Below, piece by piece: positions 43,042 through 46,404 of a stretch of 46,404 nucleotides of DNA. Source of the stretch: Gammaproteobacteria bacterium (GTDB lineage Bacteria > Pseudomonadota > Gammaproteobacteria > Ga0077554 > Ga007554); contig JAGVME010000032.1 in assembly GCA_020053945.1 (NCBI GenBank), positions 1-46,404 on the forward strand, written 5' to 3'. A program made the translations under genes and the position numbers. Each line of letters starts with the position of its first letter. Positions within the stretch are counted from its first letter, which is position 1. A model generated the notes under the pieces. That model had not been told where the DNA came from and ran no database searches. It saw nothing but the letters and a program-made list of their open reading frames with translations.

Positions 43042-43791
43042 TTACCCCTGCTTACTCACCGCGCATGGCCCCTTAAATTCCTCCGGCACATTGGGTGGGC
43101 ACTCCCCGCACTGTAGGTTGCCGGGCACGGCAAATTCCATTTTTTTTGGGTAAGGTAAATTCAAATTCTGCATGATGCTAACAAATTCCTGCGCGGTTTT
43201 ACCACCGAGCCGCGGGTTACGGGTTTTTTCCTGGCCGATGGTGGATATTTGCCGTTGGCTATAATCATGCGCGGGATACACCAGGGTTTCGTCGGGCAGG
43301 GTAAAGAATTTTTTCTGGATGGATTCGTAAAGCGTGGCGGCATCACCGCTTTGAAAGTCAGTGCGCCCGCAACTATCAATCAATAACGCATCGCCCGTGA
43401 ACAGCAATGTGTGTGTGCCATTGTCGAGCAGATACGCATGATGCGTATCGGTGTGGCCGGGCGTGAACAGCGGATGGATTTCAATCGTGCCGACACGGAA
43501 CAGTTCGCCTTCGCGCAGTCCAACATCACGGCAGGTGATGTTATCAAGCGCCGGCCCGGCGATTTTGCTGCCCAGTAAATATTTTAATTTGCGCGCGCCG
43601 GTGAGATGGTCGGCGTGGATATGGGTTTCTACGCAATAAGCGAGCTTCAGCCCGAGTTCCTGTAGTACGCGCTGATCGCGTTCTACGGTTTCGACTACCG
43701 GGTCAATGAGCACCGCTTCTCCGGTATCACGGCAACCCAGCAGATAAGTGTAGCTTGATGAATTGGGTTCGAATAATTGCTTGAATATCAT
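43042..43791 (-). CDS. MBL-fold persulfide dioxygenase (ETHE1-like)
   Basis: SSYTYLL, ETHIHADHLTG, CGRTDFQ, YPAHDY, NPRL, AVPGN..CG. Confidence 0.85.
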   Translation of the reverse strand: MIFKQLFEPNSSSYTYLLGCRDTGEAVLIDPVVETVERDQRVLQELGLKLAYCVETHIHADHLTGARKLKYLLGSKIAGPALDNITCRDVGLREGELFRVGTIEIHPLFTPGHTDTHHAYLLDNGTHTLLFTGDALLIDSCGRTDFQSGDAATLYESIQKKFFTLPDETLVYPAHDYSQRQISTIGQEKTRNPRLGGKTAQEFVSIMQNLNLPYPKKMEFAVPGNLQCGECPPNVPEEFKGPCAVSKQG

Positions 43792-43809
43792 ATTTAATCT
43801 TGGCTCCGG

Positions 43810-45030
43810 TTATTTAGGCGACCATTCCAGATGCAGTGTCTGTGCCCACGCCTGCGTCAAAACATCTTTGATGTCCTGCGGTGTCACCGCCGTTAATTGC
43901 GCCAAACGCTCTTCCATCGACCAGTGATGCTGTTGATAGATCGCCTCGCGGGCCAATCGTTCCATGCACTCTTCAGGGTCATCTTCCGCAATCAGCATGC
44001 TGGCGCGCAAATGATCGCGCGATATTTCCAACTCATCGGCGGCCGGGCCATCACGCATCAGTTGTTGCAGCGCATCTTCCACCGCGCGGCGGCATTCGTC
44101 AACACGCCCGGGTTCGCAGGCGGTTTGGATCATCCATAGGCCGCTGTCGGAATATAAATCCAAACGTGATTGTATGGAGTATGCCAGGCCACGCTGTTCA
44201 CGAATTTCCTGAAACAAGCGCGACGATGCGCCACCGCCCAGCAGGTGGTTGGCGACCACCAGGGCGGGATAGTGTGCGTTGTCGGTCAGCGCGGGGGCGT
44301 TCATGGCCCATACCAGGTGGCTTTGCGCCAGATCTTGCTGGGCGCGGTCGTGGCCTGCCTGGAAACGGGGCGCCCAAGAGGGTGGCCGCTCACCCGTGGG
44401 CAAATGGGCAAGGGGGGAGCAGGCGTGTATCAGGGCGGCGTGGTCAACGGCGCCGGCTGCTACCACCCACAAACGGCCACCCGTCAGCAGGTCACGCAGG
44501 TAAGTGTGCAACGCGGCGCTGGTGGCGTTTTCGATGACCGCCTCACGGCCCAAAATTGGCCAGCCCAGGGGATGATCGGGCCAGACCCGCTCCACAGCGG
44601 TTTCTTCGATGGCTTCTTCAGGGGTATCGGCGATCATCGCCACCTCTTGTAGCACTACCTCGCGCTCGATCCCCATGTCTTGCTCATCGAAACGCGGATG
44701 GGTCAGCATCTCAGAAAATAACCCAAGCAATTCATAAATGTACTGTTTTGGCACCAAGCCATGCAGGGCGGTGAGCTCACGGCCAGTATGGGCGTTGATT
44801 TGTCCGCCCATGGCTTCAAAGCGGCGCGCCAGACCCAGCGCGCTGTGCGTGGCGGTGCCTTTGAATAGCATGTGTTCCAGCAAGTGCGCATAGCCGGTTT
44901 GCGTCGGCGTTTGATGGCGGCCACCGTTGAGGATCCACACCCCCAGCGACGTGCTGTGCGCGGTGGGCAGGGTGCAACTGATAATGGTCACGCCATTGTC
45001 CAGGCGTGTGGTATTGATGTCAGGGGTCAA
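43810..45030 (-). CDS. M16-family zinc peptidase
   Basis: HLLEHMLFKGT inverted zinc motif, SSRLFQEIREQRGLAYS; TTG start. Confidence 0.88.
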   Translation of the reverse strand: MTPDINTTRLDNGVTIISCTLPTAHSTSLGVWILNGGRHQTPTQTGYAHLLEHMLFKGTATHSALGLARRFEAMGGQINAHTGRELTALHGLVPKQYIYELLGLFSEMLTHPRFDEQDMGIEREVVLQEVAMIADTPEEAIEETAVERVWPDHPLGWPILGREAVIENATSAALHTYLRDLLTGGRLWVVAAGAVDHAALIHACSPLAHLPTGERPPSWAPRFQAGHDRAQQDLAQSHLVWAMNAPALTDNAHYPALVVANHLLGGGASSRLFQEIREQRGLAYSIQSRLDLYSDSGLWMIQTACEPGRVDECRRAVEDALQQLMRDGPAADELEISRDHLRASMLIAEDDPEECMERLAREAIYQQHHWSMEERLAQLTAVTPQDIKDVLTQAWAQTLHLEWSPK

Positions 45031-45062
45031 ATTGGTATTGTCCTTAGGTTAAACCTGAAATA

Positions 45063-45230
45063 TAGGGCACTTCTAAAAATTCGATCAAGGCGCGAGGGCA
45101 AGGCGCCATGATATAGTAAGGGTGCGCGAAAAAGCGCAGTGTACACGTAGTACATGAGCATTTTGAGCGCCCCCTGTATAAAAGGGCAACGCCGCCATCG
45201 TGGCTTCAGCGAATTTCTAGAAGTGCCCTA
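45063..45230. mobile_element. MITE-like palindromic element with 21-bp terminal inverted repeats
   Basis: tagggcacttctaaaaattcg / cgaatttctagaagtgcccta (1 mismatch), TA at both ends, internal imperfect palindrome. Confidence 0.8.
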
Positions 45231-45360
45231 TGGCCAAAATGATAGCCTACACTGTTTTGGGGGCTAGGCCACCCCCCTGGTTTATGGAATAATGGTGAAC
45301 AGGATTTAAGTATTGTAGGGCAGTTGGCGATTCGGGTTAAATAAGGCACAACAGGTGAAC

Positions 45361-46377
45361 ATGATGGAAGACAACAAGCGCAAGGCGCTCAGTGCAGCGC
45401 TGAGCCAGATTGAAAAGCAATTCGGCAAAGGTTCCGTGATGCGCATGGGTGACGGCGGTGTCACGCGTGATATTGGGGTGATCTCCACCGGCTCCCTGGG
45501 CTTGGATATTGCACTGGGCATCGGCGGACTGCCGCGCGGACGCATCGTGGAAATCTACGGCCCGGAGTCTTCCGGTAAGACTACCCTGACCCTGCAAGTG
45601 ATCGCGGAGGCACAGAAGCTGGGCGGCACAGCGGCGTTTGTTGACGCAGAGCATGCCCTTGATCCCACCTATGCGAAAAAGCTCGGCGTCAATGTCGATG
45701 ATTTACTGGTATCGCAGCCGGATACCGGCGAACAGGCGTTGGAAATTGCCGATATGCTGGTGCGCTCTGGCGCGGTAGATGTGGTTGTCATCGACTCGGT
45801 GGCGGCGCTTACCCCCAAGGCTGAAATCGAAGGCGAGATGGGTGATTCGCACATGGGCTTGCAGGCGCGCCTGATGTCGCAGGCGCTGCGCAAACTCACC
45901 GCCAATATTAACCGCTCCAACACCATGGTGATCTTCATCAACCAGATCCGCATGAAGATCGGCGTGATGTTTGGCAGCCCCGAAACTACCACGGGCGGTA
46001 ATGCGTTGAAATTTTATGCTTCAGTACGCTTGGACATTCGCCGCACTGGCGCCATCAAGCGCGGTGATGAAGTGGTGGGCAGTGAAACCCGCGTTAAAGT
46101 GGTGAAAAACAAAGTAGCGCCGCCGTTCAAGGAAGCTTGTTTCGAAATTCTTTATGGCGAAGGCATTTCACTGCAAGGCGAGCTGGTGGAGTTGGGTGTA
46201 ACACACGGCTTCGTTGAAAAATCTGGCGCTTGGTATAGCTGTGAAGGTGAGCGCATCGGCCAGGGTAAAGACAATGCGCGCATTTACCTCAAAGAGCATC
46301 CCGCGCTGGCACGCAGCATCCAAATTGGTTTCGTGCGACGCCTTGACATAGGTGCCAATGCCGCCAAACCACAGTAA
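45361..46377 (+). CDS. recA: Recombinase A; last ~18 codons aberrant
   Basis: [36 protein letters not shown]; homology ends near 46320. Confidence 0.95.
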   Translation: MMEDNKRKALSAALSQIEKQFGKGSVMRMGDGGVTRDIGVISTGSLGLDIALGIGGLPRGRIVEIYGPESSGKTTLTLQVIAEAQKLGGTAAFVDAEHALDPTYAKKLGVNVDDLLVSQPDTGEQALEIADMLVRSGAVDVVVIDSVAALTPKAEIEGEMGDSHMGLQARLMSQALRKLTANINRSNTMVIFINQIRMKIGVMFGSPETTTGGNALKFYASVRLDIRRTGAIKRGDEVVGSETRVKVVKNKVAPPFKEACFEILYGEGISLQGELVELGVTHGFVEKSGAWYSCEGERIGQGKDNARIYLKEHPALARSIQIGFVRRLDIGANAAKPQ

Positions 46378-46404
46378 ATCAACTTCCGCGCCAAGCAGCG
46401 CATG
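46315..46404 (-). other. Internal fragment of large NAD-specific glutamate dehydrogenase
   Basis: The minus strand translates [30 protein letters not shown], a conserved motif of large NAD-GDHs. Confidence 0.8.

Noticed and set aside
45174-45189. LexA (SOS) box upstream of recA
   Set aside because: Only a CTGTATA half site (ends CAA, not CAG), located inside the MITE

Overview
Proteobacterial chromosomal segment of about 46 kb; the core genes look gammaproteobacterial. It opens with the end of an IS701-like element that cuts off the 5' end of a dienelactone hydrolase gene. Next come a complete but circularly permuted MSHA type IVa pilus locus (mshE-G-F, two pilins, C-D-O-P-Q, then I-J-K-L-M-N) and mostly minus-strand housekeeping genes (nagZ, mltG, pabC, pabB, leuS, rmlBACD, pdxA-surA-lptD, purF-cvpA). 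These are followed by a SigZ/ArsM (frameshifted)/persulfide dioxygenase/M16 peptidase block and recA, whose 3' end runs into an inverted fragment of NAD-glutamate dehydrogenase (probable chimeric junction). The most striking signal is a dispersed 51-bp (17-codon) structured repeat. It has inserted in frame into rmlB (2 tandem copies), rmlD and pabB, nests inside itself, shows compensatory base changes, and carries two GGA-loop hairpins matching the CsrA/RsmA consensus. A MITE, several REP-like palindromes and a degenerate attC-like site sit at gene junctions.
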